From Salpingoeca rosetta (lineage: Eukaryota > Protista > Choanoflagellata), in assembly GCA_033442325.1 (NCBI GenBank), contig JAWQFM010000020.1:1-10500 (forward strand): 10,500 nt of DNA. Reading direction: 5' to 3'. Shown here piece by piece: positions 9,754 to 10,500 of this stretch. Each line of letters opens with the position of its first letter. Position 1 is the first letter of the stretch. The notes under the pieces were generated by a model, which was not told the origin of the DNA, searched no databases, and worked only from the letters and a program-made list of their open reading frames with translations. The position numbers and the translations under genes are program-made.

Positions 9754-10415
9754 TACGTCTGCTATGTCGGCTTCTTCTTCTTGATCAAAGCTCCTGTCGT
9801 TCATGCCCTCCGTCCTCGTCCCGCCACTGGTCCTTCGCTTCCAGGTCATATCCACGGAGATGCGCGCCTTCAACAATCTCAACTGGCACAGGGGCGGCAG
9901 CGTCTTGCAGAAGATCGGACTTACAGGTGCCCCCTTCATCACGTGTTGCTGACGCTGGTGCACACATCACACACATGCGATCACTCTACAGCAGTCACAC
10001 TCACGCCCCCAATGCCCTTCACACCCACTCACACCACTCACTCACACACTCCCTTTGCAGACCCATCCTCCCTGACATTCACTGCACCCTTCTCAACCTC
10101 TGAGACCCCGTGCTTTAGCAGCGAGTACGCTGCTGCTTACGTGACGGGCTGCTAGGACGGCCCAGACAGGAAGTACAAGAAAATGGCAGCAGGTACACAC
10201 ACGCATCCAACCTCACACACACATGTGTATGCAAACGCCCACAACCGTGTCAGCAACGCCTCCTCTTTTGCACTTGATGGCGGTCGTGTCATTCACACTG
10301 CTGTCACCGCTCCATCGCGTTTAGGTCTCAAGCACTTTGGCGCGCACTCGGTCGAGACAACCGCGTGGCATTCAACGGGAACATCTCCACCTTTGACCTC
10401 TGGGACACCGAGGTA

Positions 10416-10446
<31 letters not shown>

Positions 10447-10455
10447 TTGTATGTA

Positions 10456-10486
<31 letters not shown>

Positions 10487-10500
10487 CTTGTGAGTTCGTC

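Larger units (their letters stand above)
8350..10412 (+). pseudogene. Secreted WSC-domain + glycoside hydrolase family 3 (beta-xylosidase-like) gene, disrupted; may continue past the window end
   Basis: GT-AG bounded exons: 8350-8466 (signal peptide MRATAVTALLLGLVAVCC...), 8610-8777 and 8981-9092 (WSC), 9233-9407 (LPFCNTSLSIGARLDDLIGRLSLQEM, the typical GH3 xylosidase N-terminus), 9573-9702 (RLDIPPY...CATTFIGSNGLGAAVNR), 9845-9926 (VISTEMRAFNN...IGLTG), 10061-10192 (...EYAAAYVTGC*DGPDRKYKKMAA), 10325-10412 (GLKHF...[frameshift]NR.AFNGNISTFDLWDT). Lesions: TGA 8709-8711 between compensating indels, TAG 10153-10155 at an expected Gln, a -1 frameshift near 10357-10360, and no PNIN..RDPRxGR motif. 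Confidence 0.9.

Noticed and set aside
10153-10155. TAG/TGA as recoded codons (alternative genetic code or readthrough)
   Set aside because: The stops co-occur with frameshifts and deletions in the same genes, so decay is the simpler explanation.

Overview
Eukaryotic, intron-dense DNA in which many introns start or end with long (GT)n/(CA)n microsatellites. This style suggests a choanoflagellate such as Salpingoeca rosetta (inference only). Most ORF-track entries (poly-HT, poly-CV) are microsatellite artefacts. Supported content: (1) a near-canonical solitary 5S rRNA gene at 4663-4780 (+) with internal promoter, upstream TATA-like element and T13 terminator; (2) an 8-exon minus-strand exostosin/EXT-like GT47 glycosyltransferase remnant (5201-7241) with frameshifts, a premature stop and no visible 5' half; (3) a plus-strand signal peptide + WSC domain + GH3 beta-xylosidase-like gene (8350 to beyond 10412) with frameshifts, nonsense codons and missing segments; (4) a weakly supported spliced minus-strand gene remnant at ~487-2561; (5) an AT-rich left edge ending in CCCCCTG|TA, a possible Tc1/mariner-type terminus; (6) a 173-N assembly gap. 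The window reads as a mosaic of decayed gene copies around an intact-looking 5S gene. I see no convincing evidence for a novel biological system. The most interesting signal is repeated loss of short conserved coding segments exactly where (GT)n-led introns begin.
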